A stretch of DNA of 64,000 nucleotides from Octopus vulgaris (lineage: Eukaryota). The notes under the pieces were generated by a model. It worked only from the letters and a program-made list of their open reading frames with translations. It was not told the DNA's origin and did not search any database. The stretch covers positions 167,958,001 to 168,022,000 of the forward strand of contig OX597817.1 of the NCBI GenBank assembly GCA_951406725.2, written 5' to 3'. A program made the position numbers and the translations under genes. Below, one piece after another: positions 51,964-64,000 of this stretch; the stretch's first letter is position 1, and each line of letters opens with the position of its first letter.

Positions 51964-53429
51964 ATCACATCTTTAAAATCTTGAAGCTATAAGATTCTAC
52001 ACTATTAATTTTTTAAAATGTCATCATCATCATTTAATGTCCATCTTCCATGCTAGCATGGGTAAAATGGTTCCACAACAGCTGGCCAGGCCAAAGCTTA
52101 CACCAGACTTCTGTGACTGTTTTGGCAGGATTTTTACAGCCGGATGCCCTTCCTAATGCCAACCACTCAGCAGAGTGAACTTATTGCTTTTTACATGGCA
52201 CTAAATAAATAAATAAATATTACATTTGATAAAGTAATCTGAATGCTAAAGGGTTAGTGTCTGCTTTTCTGCTTGCATGTATTAGAGACAAAGAGTTTAT
52301 TTGAGGCAGGATTTTACAGCTGGATGCTCTTCTTGTCTGTTTTTCAAATAAAGAATTTTATAGTTCAGAAGTCTTCAAAAGCACAAAGCAACCATTCATG
52401 TCAATATCTATTTCTTTACTGCCCACAAGGAGCTAAACACAGAAGGGACAAACAAGGTCAGGCAAACAGTTTAAGTCGATTATATTGACCCCAGTGCGTA
52501 ACTAGTACTTATTTAATCGACCCCGAAAGGATGAAAGGCAAAGTCGACCTCGGTGGAATTTGAACTCAGAACGTTCAGACAGACGAAATACCGTTAAGCA
52601 TTTCGCCCTGTGTGCTAACGATTCTGCAAGCTTGCCGCCTTCATGTCAATATCATCACCACTTCACTCAAATGGTGACATGCATGGAATATCAACATTCA
52701 CACACACACACACACACAAAATGGGCTTCCTACAATTTCTGTCAGCCAAATTCACTCAGAAAGTCAATGGTTGGCTCAGGGCTACACTAAGACATTTAGT
52801 CAAATGCTGAGCAGGAGAACTGAAACCTCCAGATCATGTGGTTAAAAAACAAACTTCTTCACCACACAACCATACCTATTTCTTTACTACCCACAAGGGG
52901 CTAAACGCGGAGGGGACGAACAAGGACAAACAGATGGATTAAGTCAATTATATCGACCCCAGTGTGTAACTGGTACTTATCTAATCGACCCTGAAAGGAT
53001 GAAAGGCAGAGTTGACCTCAGCGGAATTTGAACTCAGAACGTAACGGCAGACGAAATACCTATTTCTATTTCTTTACTACCCACAAGGGGCTAAACACAG
53101 AGAGGACAAACAAGGACAGACAATTTGAACTCAGAACATAATGGCAGACGAAATGCCGCTAAGCATTTCGCCCGGCGTGCTAACGTTTCTGCCAGCTTGC
53201 TGCCTTCATACCTCCAACCTGCTATCCTAAAAAGGATATAATGCATTAGATAATGTTTGTCTGAAAATAATAAGACGAGATGATCATGGATGGAACGCGT
53301 TTCATCATTAGTCAGATCAATTAAGGTTGTCCTAAAAGAAAATGATGCCAAAATATACTGCTTGTCTACTGTGTGGTAATAACTAGCTGCACAGTTTTGC
53401 TGCTTATAAGACACGCCTGTTACATCCAC

Positions 53430-54225
53430 TCTTTATTGTGTTGTAGAAGATGTAGTATGATACATGCACTCAATATTCTGCAGTTGCTACTTATATTCTG
53501 CAGTTACTACATTATATAACAGGCACATGCACATTATACATGGCAGATGTCACTGCAGTACATCATGGTAAAACTGCACCTTCTACTGCACTACTTTTAC
53601 TGCACCGCACCTTCCATCTTCAACTGTGCAGTTTTTGATATATATCACACATGCAATTTGTCATGTGCAACAGTTACTCCAGTACATCACTGGTGCATTT
53701 ACTTTCTACTATGCAATATATCATGCATTTTCTACATTGCAGCTGTTGTTGCAGTAGAGCAAGCACCTGACACATGCATTCCTCTACCGTTCAGTTATCG
53801 CTACTGCACATCAACAAAACATGAACTCACAACTGTGCAGTACATGTTACATCTGATACAGGCACCATGCAATTATATGTGCAGTTTATAATGCACTTGA
53901 CATATGCAGTCATCACTGCAATAAATTATGCATGGGATACATACACTGTCTATTGTGCAGCTGTCACTTGCAATATTATCCACTTGCAATATGCACTCTT
54001 TGCCATTTGGTGGCTAATTATGTACTGCATGCACTTGATGCATGCACTGTTTATCACTTAATGTTTACTGCAGTACATTGTGCACATGACATGTGCACTC
54101 TCTGCAATTCAGTAGTTATTGCAGAACATCATGCACCTGATATCTGCACTCTTCTGCAGTTACAGTAGTATACCATGCACCTGATAGAAGCACCATCCAC
54201 TGTGCAGTAACCACTGCAGTATCAC
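53430..54225. repeat. Degenerate TGCA-rich ~45-bp repeat
   Basis: catgcacctgata-like motif at ~53763, 53891, 54028, 54130 and 54175. Very high TGCA density. Confidence 0.55.
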
Positions 54226-55287
54226 ATCACATGTATGTGACGGTCTCCCACCACAGCTGCCCCACTCTTACTCACCACCCGTCTTTGTGAAAGTGTAGCC
54301 AGTAAGTGCATGAAGTGACTTTCAACAATGTGGGTTAAGTCCATCTCGTCATCTGTCACGTTACCAAGGTAACGGTTCCTATTGAAAACGTTCAGTGAAC
54401 CAGCACACAAAAAACGTTTCTTGATTTTTTTTCTGCCAGATCACGCAGGACATTGTATTGGTGCACTTGGTACACTCACAGTGCACAATAGGTTACCCTG
54501 GTAACGGAACTGATCCATCACTGTCAGCAGGCTACTGCTGATTTTTACTACAAACTGAAATGAATTGACAGAAAAATCAATATTGAAGATCACATAATAC
54601 TGAGAAAAAAATAAATAAATCAATACAAGAGATCAATATAGATCAATATAGAAACAGTATAATAAGAGGAATTGATTTATTGCTTAATTTTTCCATCTTC
54701 AAATTTGTTACAAATAATTAATTGGAATAATAATAATAATCATAATAATAATGATAATAATATTAATATTTTTGAAGCAGCAGCAACAAAAACATTCACA
54801 TTGGTATAAAATACAGTCATAACTACAAAATTAACCGGAATTTGTTTGGTAGAGGGAGATCGATGATATAAAAAAGAACATGTAGAAAGGTAAAAAGAAA
54901 AAAGATTTGAAATCACTGCCATTTGTTGGCATACACAGATGGATGAGATGAAATTATGGGGCAGTTAATATCAGATTAAATAGCAATAAAAATCTACAGT
55001 TGTCTGCTGAATGTCAGCATGAATTCATCTCATCAACAACATGGGCATTTGGAATTTTATAACTAAAAATAGGTCAATCACTGGGATGAAGAAAAACTAA
55101 AAATTGTTCAAAAAGTTCTTTCTGAATTCCTGGGACCATTTTTAAGAATTTTGTTTACTTCCTTTTTTTTGTAAGACTTTAAGTTTCAGAATTTCTTATT
55201 TAATGAATTATTAAGTATAAAAAATCTTTGGAATTTTTCTTTTTTTCTTTTCCTTTCGTTTGCTCTTTTGAAGAATGTTGGTAATTA

Positions 55288-55303
55288 GGGAAAGAGAAAA
55301 CAG

Positions 55304-55359
<56 letters not shown>

Positions 55360-55506
55360 GTGTGTGTGTATGTGTAGGGAGGTGGTATATCTAGTATGTG
55401 TATATATACGTGTCCATATGTTTACATCAGAGGGATATATTGAATGGAATTAAGATAAATTTAGAGTAAAGCAATTATATATGAAAATTATATATATATA
55501 TATATA

Positions 55507-55577
<71 letters not shown>

Positions 55578-55778
55578 ACATAATATATATATGTATAAAT
55601 AAATGTATATTTATTATATTATATATATATATATATATGTATGTGTGTATATATATATACATATACATACATATACATATACACATGCATATTGTATATA
55701 TGCATGTATATATATAAGTATATTTGTAAATACATATATATAACTATATATATACATATATATATATCTATATATATA

Positions 55779-55818
<40 letters not shown>

Positions 55819-55965
55819 CATATGCATATGTATATACATATATATGTATGCATTATATATACATAAGGTGTACATGCACATACACACACATACATATAGA
55901 TATACCTTATGTATGTATGTATGCATGTATGTATGCATGTATATATGCACACACATACATATAGA
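55288..55965. repeat. (TA)n-rich tract downstream of the HDHD5 stop codon
   Basis: Direct reading. Confidence 0.93.
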
Positions 55966-56422
55966 AGTAACATAGCACTCTAAACATGTATATTCACCAA
56001 AAATTTTAAGTAAATGAAAAACATTTTTCATGACTATAAAGATCTAAATAGATATATTTTGTTTAATTTTTTTTGTATTTATTATTTTTGCTATTTTTTG
56101 AAATTCATTTTTTAATATTTTTCTTTGTTTTTGGGGTGATTTTTTATTTTTCAATTTTTTTCGCCAAATATGTTAGGATTTTGGGTTTTTCTATTTTACA
56201 TATTTTTTAAATAAATTTCATTTTGAAATAATTTTCATTTTGTTTTAAATTGTATGGTTGAATTTTTAAAATAATATTACTCTGATATTCAAATCATAAT
56301 AAAATTTTTGGTATTTGCTTATTGTTAAATTTTACTTTTGCCTTTCCATTTTGTATTTGTAAAAAAAAAAGGGGGTTCCCCACCCTCCCACACAAAAAAA
56401 TATAAATTATCTGTTTTTCTCT

Positions 56423-56798
56423 TTAGGAATACATCTCCAACATTCCTTCATGTTGCATCATAAACTCTACAGCATCGTAAACATCCCGGCAGAATTTTGT
56501 AGGTCTGGTCAACGAAGGTTTGCGTTCAATGTCACGATGTCCATGATAAACAGCTTTCTGGTCATTATCAGTTGTAGAGCTGGTTGTGGTGGTCTCAGTG
56601 CTACTCGGACGGTATACACCAGTGCTGACCAACAGACTGTACATGGTGGTGGCTGTCTGTTCAGTGAGATTGTCGTTAATTGGTAGGACACGTGATGAAG
56701 GCAACGTGGCTGCTGGAACACTTTGGCGCCGGCTGTATTTCGATTTCAAGTAATTGTTGTACATATTGGCACCCATAACATCAACATTAGGATTGTCT
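56423..56798 (-). CDS. HDHD5: HDHD5-like terminal coding exon (G)DNPNVDVMGAN...LLVSTGVY...YHGHRD...DVYDAVEFMMQHEGMLEMYS*
   Basis: Acceptor tttcaacag|A completes the GDNP..D..GAN motif IV. LVxTGVY and HGHRD are typical of HDHD5. TAA at 56425-56423. Confidence 0.92.
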
Positions 56799-56914
56799 CT
56801 GTTGAAATATAAAGAGATATTTGATTGTATTGCACATGTGCTTGAGGAGACCTACTGAGTCAAGTACATCAACATCAACATCAAAATAAAAATCAAATGG
56901 AAATTGTAGCTATG

Positions 56915-57424
56915 ATACTCGTGCTGGTGGCACATAAAAAGCACCATCCAAACGTGGCTGATACCAGTGCCACCTGACCAGCATCCATGTCAGTGACACA
57001 TAAAATACACCAACTGATTGTGGCCGTTTGCCAGCCTGCTCTGGCCCCTGTGCCAGTGGTACGTAAAAAAACACCAACCAATCGTGGCCGTTTGCCAGCC
57101 TCCTCTGACCCCTGTGCCAGTGGCACGTAAAAAAACACCAACCGATCGTGGCCGTTTGCCAGCCTGCTCTGGCCCCTGTGCCAGTGGCACGTAAAAAAAC
57201 ACCAACCGATCGTGGCCATTTTCCAGCCTCCTCTGGCCCCTGTGCCAGTGGCACGTAAAAAGCACCTACTACACTCACAGAGTGGTTTCCGTTAGGAAGG
57301 GCATCCAGCTGTAGAAACACTGCCAGAACAGACTGGAGCCTGGTGCAGCCTCCTGGCTTCCCAGACCCCGGTCGAACCCTCCAACCCATGCTAGCATGGA
57401 AAACGGACGTTAAACAATGATGAT
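56915..57424 (+). mobile_element. SINE family E 3' part with (GAT)n tail and internal ~62-bp repeats (other copies at 466-606, 3521-3710, 5664-5950, 52022-52200, 61355-61600, 63568-63920)
   Basis: ggttggcgttaggaagggcatccagctgtagaaa-type core (possibly Meta-domain-like). Tail ccatgctagcatggaaaacggacgttaaacgatgatgat-like. Confidence 0.75.
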
Positions 57425-57554
57425 TTCATCTTAGACTGGCGTTACCATGGCATCAGTTTGTATCTACATTGTGCATGTGTTTGGAAGTGGTGTCGTTCTT
57501 ATTCTTCTGTTGCATTTTGCTTCTAGCCATCAGAACCAAGATATATACTACGTA

Positions 57555-57788
57555 TACTCTTTTCTCTCTCTCTTTTACTCTTTTACTTGTTTCAGTCATT
57601 TGACTGCGGCCATGCTGGAGCACCGTCTTTAGTCGAGCAACTTGAACCCGGAACTTATTCTTTTGTAAGCCCAGTACTTACTCTATCGGTTACTTTTGCC
57701 GAACCGCTAAGTAACGGGGACATAAACACACCAGCATCGGTTGTCAAGCAATGCTAGGGGGACAAACACAGACACACCAACACACACA

Positions 57789-57828
<40 letters not shown>

Positions 57829-58000
57829 CATATATACGACGGGCTTCTTTCAGTTTCCGTCTACCAAATCCACTCACAAGGCTTTGGTCGGCCCGAGTCT
57901 ATAGTAGAAGACACTTGCCCAAGGTGCCACGCAGTGGGACTGAACCCGGAACCATGTGGTTGGTAAACAAGCTACTTACCACACAGCCACTCCTGCGCCT
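57555..58000 (-). mobile_element. SINE family A in an HDHD5 intron
   Basis: Full-length copy. Confidence 0.9.
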
Positions 58001-58651
58001 ATCTATATAGTTGGCATTTATTTTTTCCATAACTGCCATCTATGAAGAGTGCAAGGTTACATAATCAGGCCATTATCTACTACATCCCATTGAACCCCTA
58101 GTGTGAAACCAATTGGCCATAATGGGTATATAATACTGTACACTTTGATTAATATGTGTGTATATATATATATATCAATTGTTTAAAATTCATCTTCCAT
58201 ACAGGCATATGTTGGACCTCTTTTTCTTTGTGTGTGTGTGTGCGTGTACACACACAAACAAAACACACAAATGTAGTATACAATTCAAATTTTAACACTA
58301 ATTAGTTAATTCTCTCTTTGCTCTTTTTAATTATGATTATGCAAATTACTTTTTGGGCTAAGAATGTACTAAACTCTTTTACTAAATGATATAATCTTTA
58401 CAGAAGTGAATAAGATCAGAAGTGGATAAAGATCAGAAGTGAATAAAGATAATGCTACACTGATGATGCTAAACTGAAGCTGAAACTTGTGTCCATAGCT
58501 GTCCTTATAATGGTGATGGTACTACTGCTGATGCTAATGATGATGATCACCATAACAATGAAGACAATGATGATGGTGTTGGTGGTGGTGGTCTGTGTGA
58601 GTGTGGGCTGTATGACAATGATAACTCAATTTGAATAGATCAATTACTTAC

Positions 58652-58794
58652 CCGATAAAGTAGAGCTTCTTGATTGGTGTGGTGAATCCAATCTTTTCTC
58701 TGACAGTGTTCACTACATGTTCACCATAGCGATATTGTATCTCACAAGGTTTACCGACCAGTCGGCTGTATTCTAGTTCTTTCCCAGTGATTTT
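58652..58794 (-). CDS. HDHD5: HDHD5-like coding exon KITGKELEYSRLVGKPCEIQYRYGE...KKLYFIG
   Basis: Contains the HAD-IIA GKP motif. Acceptor ttacag|AAA, donor GG|gtaagt, 143 nt, phase consistent with neighbouring exons. Confidence 0.92.
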
Positions 58795-58805
58795 CTGTAA
58801 CAGAC

Positions 58806-58863
<58 letters not shown>

Positions 58864-59064
58864 CATTTCTGCTCTAGGCACAAGGCCCGAAATTTTGGGG
58901 GAGGGAAGCAGTCGATTAGATCAACCCCAGTACGCAACTGGTACTTCATTTATCAACCACAAAAGGATGAAAGGCAAAGTTGACCTCGGCGGAATTTGAA
59001 CTCAAAGCATAAAGACAGACGAAATGCCGCTAAGCATTTCGCCCGGCGTGCTAACGATTCTGCC

Positions 59065-59098
<34 letters not shown>

Positions 59099-59291
59099 GT
59101 TTTTACTGTAATTATAATAATGATAATTTTATTTTTGGATTTGGTTTGCAAGAGTTGACAACTATTGAAAAAGTTGCAAGATGCAATGAAAATTTTAGAA
59201 AATAAATAAGTAAATGAGTGGAAATTTTACCGGTGAGTGTGTTAAATTATAAGGCACTAAACGAGAATGACCCTCCCCAGACACAACAGTA

Positions 59292-59549
59292 TACTCTTTT
59301 ACTCTCTCTTTTACTTGTTTCAGTCATTTGACTGCGGCCATGCTGGAGCACCGCCTTCTAGTCGAGCAACTCGACCCCAGGACTTATTCTTTGTAAGCCC
59401 AGGACTTATTCTTTGTAAGCCCAGGACTTATTCTTTGTAAGCCCAGTATTTATTCTATCGGTCTCTTTTGCCGAACCGCTAAGTGACGGGGACATAAACA
59501 CACCAGCATCGGTTGTCAAGCAATGCTAGGGGAACAAACAGACACACAA

Positions 59550-59582
<33 letters not shown>

Positions 59583-59753
59583 CATATATACGACAGGCTT
59601 CTTTCAGTTTCCGTCTACCAAATCCACTCACAAGGCATTGGTCGGCCCGGGCCTATAGCAGAAGACACTTGCCCAAGATGCCACGCAGTGGGACTGAACC
59701 CGGAACCATGTGGTTGGTTAGCAAGCTACTTACCACACAGCCACTCCTGCGCC
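59292..59753 (-). mobile_element. SINE family A in an HDHD5 intron, with internal 22-bp triplication
   Basis: ccaggacttattctttgtaagc x3 at ~59377-59443. Further partial family A copies at ~2080, 10290, 10540, 18290, 20074, 21145, 21955, 26960, 47060 and 62350. Confidence 0.9.
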
Positions 59754-60023
59754 TATGTAACTGTAAAATATATGTAATTGTAAAATAACTTTTCACTATA
59801 TTTTAGTGTTTAGTGATGTTTGATAGAAAGACACATTCAAGTGATCCTTCTCTTACAATTCATACAGATTTGCCAAATATTGTAAATTTTGGAAGTGAAG
59901 AAAAACAGATGTAAAAAGGATGGCAAAGAATCTCCAATTCAAGAATTGCACCTGAGACTCTAAATTCGTACACTCAGTATCATGTAGGCTAAACAAAATT
60001 AACAAAGATTTACTATAACTAAC

Positions 60024-60069
60024 CTTGTAAAGAGCTTCTAAGCAAACCAGGAATGCTCCGTGACCAAAT
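60024..60069 (-). CDS. HDHD5: HDHD5-like 46-nt coding exon (R)FGHGAFLVCLEALYK
   Basis: Not in the ORF track. Acceptor ctttccacctcag|A, donor AAG|gttagt. Joins in frame to give MPRFGHGAFLVCLEALYK, the conserved HDHD5 RFGHG motif. Confidence 0.92.
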
Positions 60070-60124
60070 CTGAGGTGGAAAGAAAAACAGCAAAATTTTT
60101 ATTGAAATTCCAGTCAAACATTCA

Positions 60125-60500
60125 TCTCTCTCTATATAAACGGCAGTTTGTCTGTCTGTGTGTCTGTCAGGTTGTACCCTCACCCTGACCACGGCTTTCA
60201 ACCGATTCTGATGAAACTTGACACACACATAGCCCAATGTCATAATTCAAAACTAACGCAGGGAAAATTTTGAAAAGTTCACCCAGTTCTGAAAATAATC
60301 GATAAATTCGACATGGGGTCGAGAATCAGAAACACAAACCACAGACTGTCTAGGGGACGCAACTCGACTTTTTTAACTCTCAAAAAAAAATTTACCATAA
60401 TTTTTTTCCATTTTTTTGCTATTTTTTGGCTATAACTCTCTAAAAATGCTTTATAGTTATTTCCCTTACAAACCCGAGCAACGCCGGGCGATACTGCTAG
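60125..60500 (+). mobile_element. Non-autonomous Helitron in an HDHD5 intron
   Basis: a|TCtctctctatataaacggcag...cccgagcaacgccgggcgatactgCTAG|t, no TSD. Confidence 0.85.
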
Positions 60501-61645
60501 TTTGTTATATGAATATAAGGTGTTAACCATTGGACTACAGATCCCAAGTGAAAGCACCTGGCTCAGTGAGTTAGAGAATTTGGCTCACAGTCATGAGGTA
60601 GTGAGTTTGACTCCCAGATTGGGCTGTGTGTTGTGTTCTTGAGCAACACTTTATTTCATGTTGTCCAGTTCATTCAGCTGTAGAAAGGGATGAGGACTCA
60701 CAACAGCCGTACCCTTAATGTAGTTCTCAGAGAGATTCAGTGTGACACAGATTATGACAAGGCTGGATCTTTGAAATACAGATACTGCTCACTTTTGCCA
60801 GCTGAGTGGACCGGAGCAATGTGAAATAAAGTGTCTTGCTCAAGGACACAACATACTGTCGAGAATTGAATTCACAACCTTACAATTGTGAGCCAAAAAC
60901 CTAACCACTTAGCCTTCACTTAGAATATTAGAATAAAGAATGGAATAAAAGAATGATATGGATTACATGGAATAAAGTCAATGGCTAAACATAGAGGGGA
61001 CAAACAAGGACAGACAAACGGATTAAGTCGATTACATTGACCCCAGTGCATAACTGGTACTTAATTTATCAGCCCCGAAAGGATGAAAGGCAAAGTCGAC
61101 TTCGGCGGAATTTGAACTCAGAACCTAACGGCAGACGAAATACCGCTAAGCATTTTGCCCGATGTGCTAACGGTTCTACCAGCTCACCACCTTTCAATGA
61201 CTGTATGTAGTCTAGAAAGTATGGAGTGTTGGACTTTGACAGAATTAAAGACAATATAAACCTAACGCCAACCACTCCGCGAGTGTAGTGGGTGTTTTTT
61301 TACGTGCCACCTGCACAGGTGCCAGACAGAGCTGGCACAACGGCCACGAACGGACGTAAAAGCACCATCCGTTCATGGCCGTTGTGCCAGCTCTGTCTGG
61401 CACCTGTGCAGGTGGCATGTAAAAAACACCCACTACACTTGCGGAGTGGTTGGCGTTAGGAAGGGCATCCAGCCGTAGAAACACTGCCAAATCTGACTGG
61501 GCCTGATGAAGCCTTCCGGCTTCACAGACCCCAGTTAAACCGTCCAACCCATGCTAGCATGGAAAACGGACGCTAAATGATGATGATGATGATGATGATA
61601 AACCAGTAGAATGATCTCAGATGAGAAACAATGAAAGCTGGTTAC

Positions 61646-61823
61646 CTTGGCATGTTGGCTTTGTGCATAAATGTGAGGTCCATGTTGCAGGCAATGACTG
61701 GAATCTGTTCAACTTCACTGTTGGGACTCATTGCATTGTTAGGTTTGCCACCAGTCAGCAACAGGTCAACAATTATTTGCAAGTAGGATTCCCATTTGAC
61801 AGGTTCACCGAGCAGGATAATAG
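61646..61823 (-). CDS. HDHD5: HDHD5/CECR5-like HAD-IIA hydrolase, internal coding exon (upstream exons lie outside the window or were not found)
   Basis: Encodes AIILLGEPVKWESYLQIIVDLLLTGGKP...IPVIACNMDLTFMHKANMPR, matching the HDHD5 GEP.RWE..LQ...D.L and P..A.NMDL......MPR motifs. Acceptor ttacag|CT, donor AG|gtaac, 178 nt. Confidence 0.9.
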
Positions 61824-62904
61824 CTGTAACATGGAGAACATATACACATTTAAAGGATAATAGCGGCATAGAAAAGTTAAGGGACAATATTGGTTATGTA
61901 AGTTCATAGGAGCAAATTATTCATGGTCCAGAATTCCAGTACAGAGGGGCGGGGTTTACCTCAGGGAGGGAAAGACAGTGCCCATTACCCTTTTATTTAT
62001 ATCTGTTATGTTTTCTGGAGTCTTAAGATTAGTTGGAGGAAGGAAATTGTTGTCTCAATGGTCTTGTGGATAAAGACATGGACACAACAACACCTGAACC
62101 TCTTTAACAAAGGTTCAATCTTGGCCTGAGGCTCTTTGTAAAGGTTTTAAAGTTGTGGTGCACCTGAGCACTGTATACAATAATTTCATTATTAAATTGT
62201 CCTTAATCCAGAGACCCGGTTTAAATGCTTAATAACGCAGTGAATTCTACTTGAGGAACTCACAGACAAAGTGAGGATGTTTAACAGGCGACAGATTAAG
62301 GCTACAATCCAAGAAATCAAAATACAAAAGACTTGGGTTCATGAATGTCTAGTGAGTGAATTTGGTAGATGGAAACTGCCAGAAGCCCACTGTGTGTGTG
62401 TGTGTATGTGTGTGTGTGTGTCTTTGTATTTATATTCATCCTATCTCCCCCATTTGACAACCAGCCACTGTTGATTTGTTTGCATCCCTGCGATTTAGCA
62501 GTTCAACAAACGAGACCAATAGAATAAGGACCAGATTAGAAAATAGATACAAGGGTTGATTTGCTCAACTAAACCCTTTAAGGCAATACCCCAGCATGGC
62601 CAAAGTCATATGACTGGAACAACTAAATGTTAAAAGATAAGAATACATTTTTTAATTACCCTACAATTAAAGAAGGTGAAACCAGAACCTGGACCTCAAA
62701 ATATCAAATTTATTTAATTCCCCAATAATCACTGAAACAGTGAACTAAAAGGAAAATATTCAACGAACCTTCAACGGGAGGGAAATCTTTCTCCACATAA
62801 CCACGAGACTGAAATAGATAAGTAGGTTATAATTTTAGTATACTTCTGTATTTAAGAGATGAGGACAAATATCCGTCAAATGTAAATGATGTAACTTTAA
62901 CATA

Positions 62905-63206
62905 TATAAAAGAAAACAGCACAGCTCCCATGACTTCAGAAAACATTTTTTCACGCTGAGGGTTGCTGAAGCATGGAACAAACTGCCGGCATCAGTTGTT
63001 AGTTGTTGGAGCACTGCATCCTTCAAAACTTCCATGCTTCCTGAGATTCGCCAACACTACACCTGATTTTCTCCCCTCCATACACACACAAGCATGTATC
63101 TGACTCATACACTGTTCGCTTTCCAGACATTTCTACATTACTGCATGTACTTTATACACACTTTCTGACAAGTTGTGGTGCACCTGAGCACTGTATACAA
63201 TAATTT

Positions 63207-63238
<32 letters not shown>

Positions 63239-63260
63239 TTATTATTATTTTTATTATTAT
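62905..63260 (+). mobile_element. CR1 LINE 3' end (second family) with (ATT)n tail
   Basis: HDFRKHFFTLRVAEAWNKLPASVV....ASFK matches the CR1 FF..RV...WN.LP motif. Short tail copy at 62150-62194. Confidence 0.8.
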
Positions 63261-63497
63261 TATATAAAGTATATAAAGTATGAAATGAAATGAGTGGATG
63301 CAGATGTTTGGACGCCGATGGTTTAGAGTTACTGATTGGACATTCAACCTATTTTTACAGCAGTACTTTTTGGCAGTGGAGGGACCCCCAACAGACACAC
63401 ACAGAGAAATATACATATACCGGCTGAAAGAAGGAGAGACAGGTAGACAGACAAAAAGAGAAAAAGATAGAAGAGGAAAAAGAGAAAGGGAAAGGCA

Positions 63498-63528
<31 letters not shown>

Positions 63529-64000
63529 TTACAATTTATTAATTGAACACAGTTCAGAAAAAGACATATCATCATCATCATCATCATCGTTTAACGTCCG
63601 CTTTCCCTGCTAGCATGGGTTGGACGGTTCAACTGGGGTCTGGGGAGCCCGAAGGCTGCACCAGGTTCCTAACGCCAACCACTCCGAGAGTGTAGTGGGT
63701 GATTTTATGTGCCACCGACACAGGTGCCAGACGAGGCTGGCGAACGGCCACGATCGGATGATGTTTTTTATGTGCCACCGACACAGGTGCCAGGCGAGGC
63801 TGGCACAGCCACGATCGGATGGTGTTTGTTACGTGCCCACAGCACGGAGGCCAGTCGATGCGGTACTGGCTACGGCCACGTTCAGATGGCTTTCTTATGT
63901 GCCACCGGCACTGGTACCACAAAGATACAAATTCCATTGATGTTCATCTATTTTGATTTGGTTTGATTGAAATATGTTCACACACATAAACAGAGAAAGA

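Overview
Eukaryotic, repeat-saturated genomic DNA. The SINE families and microsatellite load are typical of an octopod cephalopod (Octopus sp.; inferred, not searched). Two minus-strand protein-coding loci are supportable. One is the last four coding exons of an HDHD5/CECR5-like HAD-IIA hydrolase (61823->56423, all GT-AG junctions in frame). The other is one coding exon of an unrecognised single-pass membrane protein with a juxtamembrane Cys cluster (7363->6955). Most ORF-track entries are microsatellite or SINE artefacts. The remainder is several SINE families, CR1 and RTE LINE remnants, five mini-Helitrons with swapped ends, a Helentron-type element carrying 11 x 131-bp repeats, a TIR MITE with (TTAGGG)4, and very long microsatellites. 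Most notable: (i) Penelope-like fragments beside (TA)n tracts that form fold-back palindromes and carry minimal hammerhead ribozyme motifs with different core variants (U3-A8, G3-C8, a family-wide A6U, U4C); (ii) a U6 snRNA copy fused to a LINE/SINE 3' tail; (iii) a Helitron flanked by a 19-22 bp duplication; (iv) a SINE trimer under one TSD; (v) a 219-bp local templated insertion into a dead RTE. All coordinates were read by eye, so repeat boundaries are approximate.
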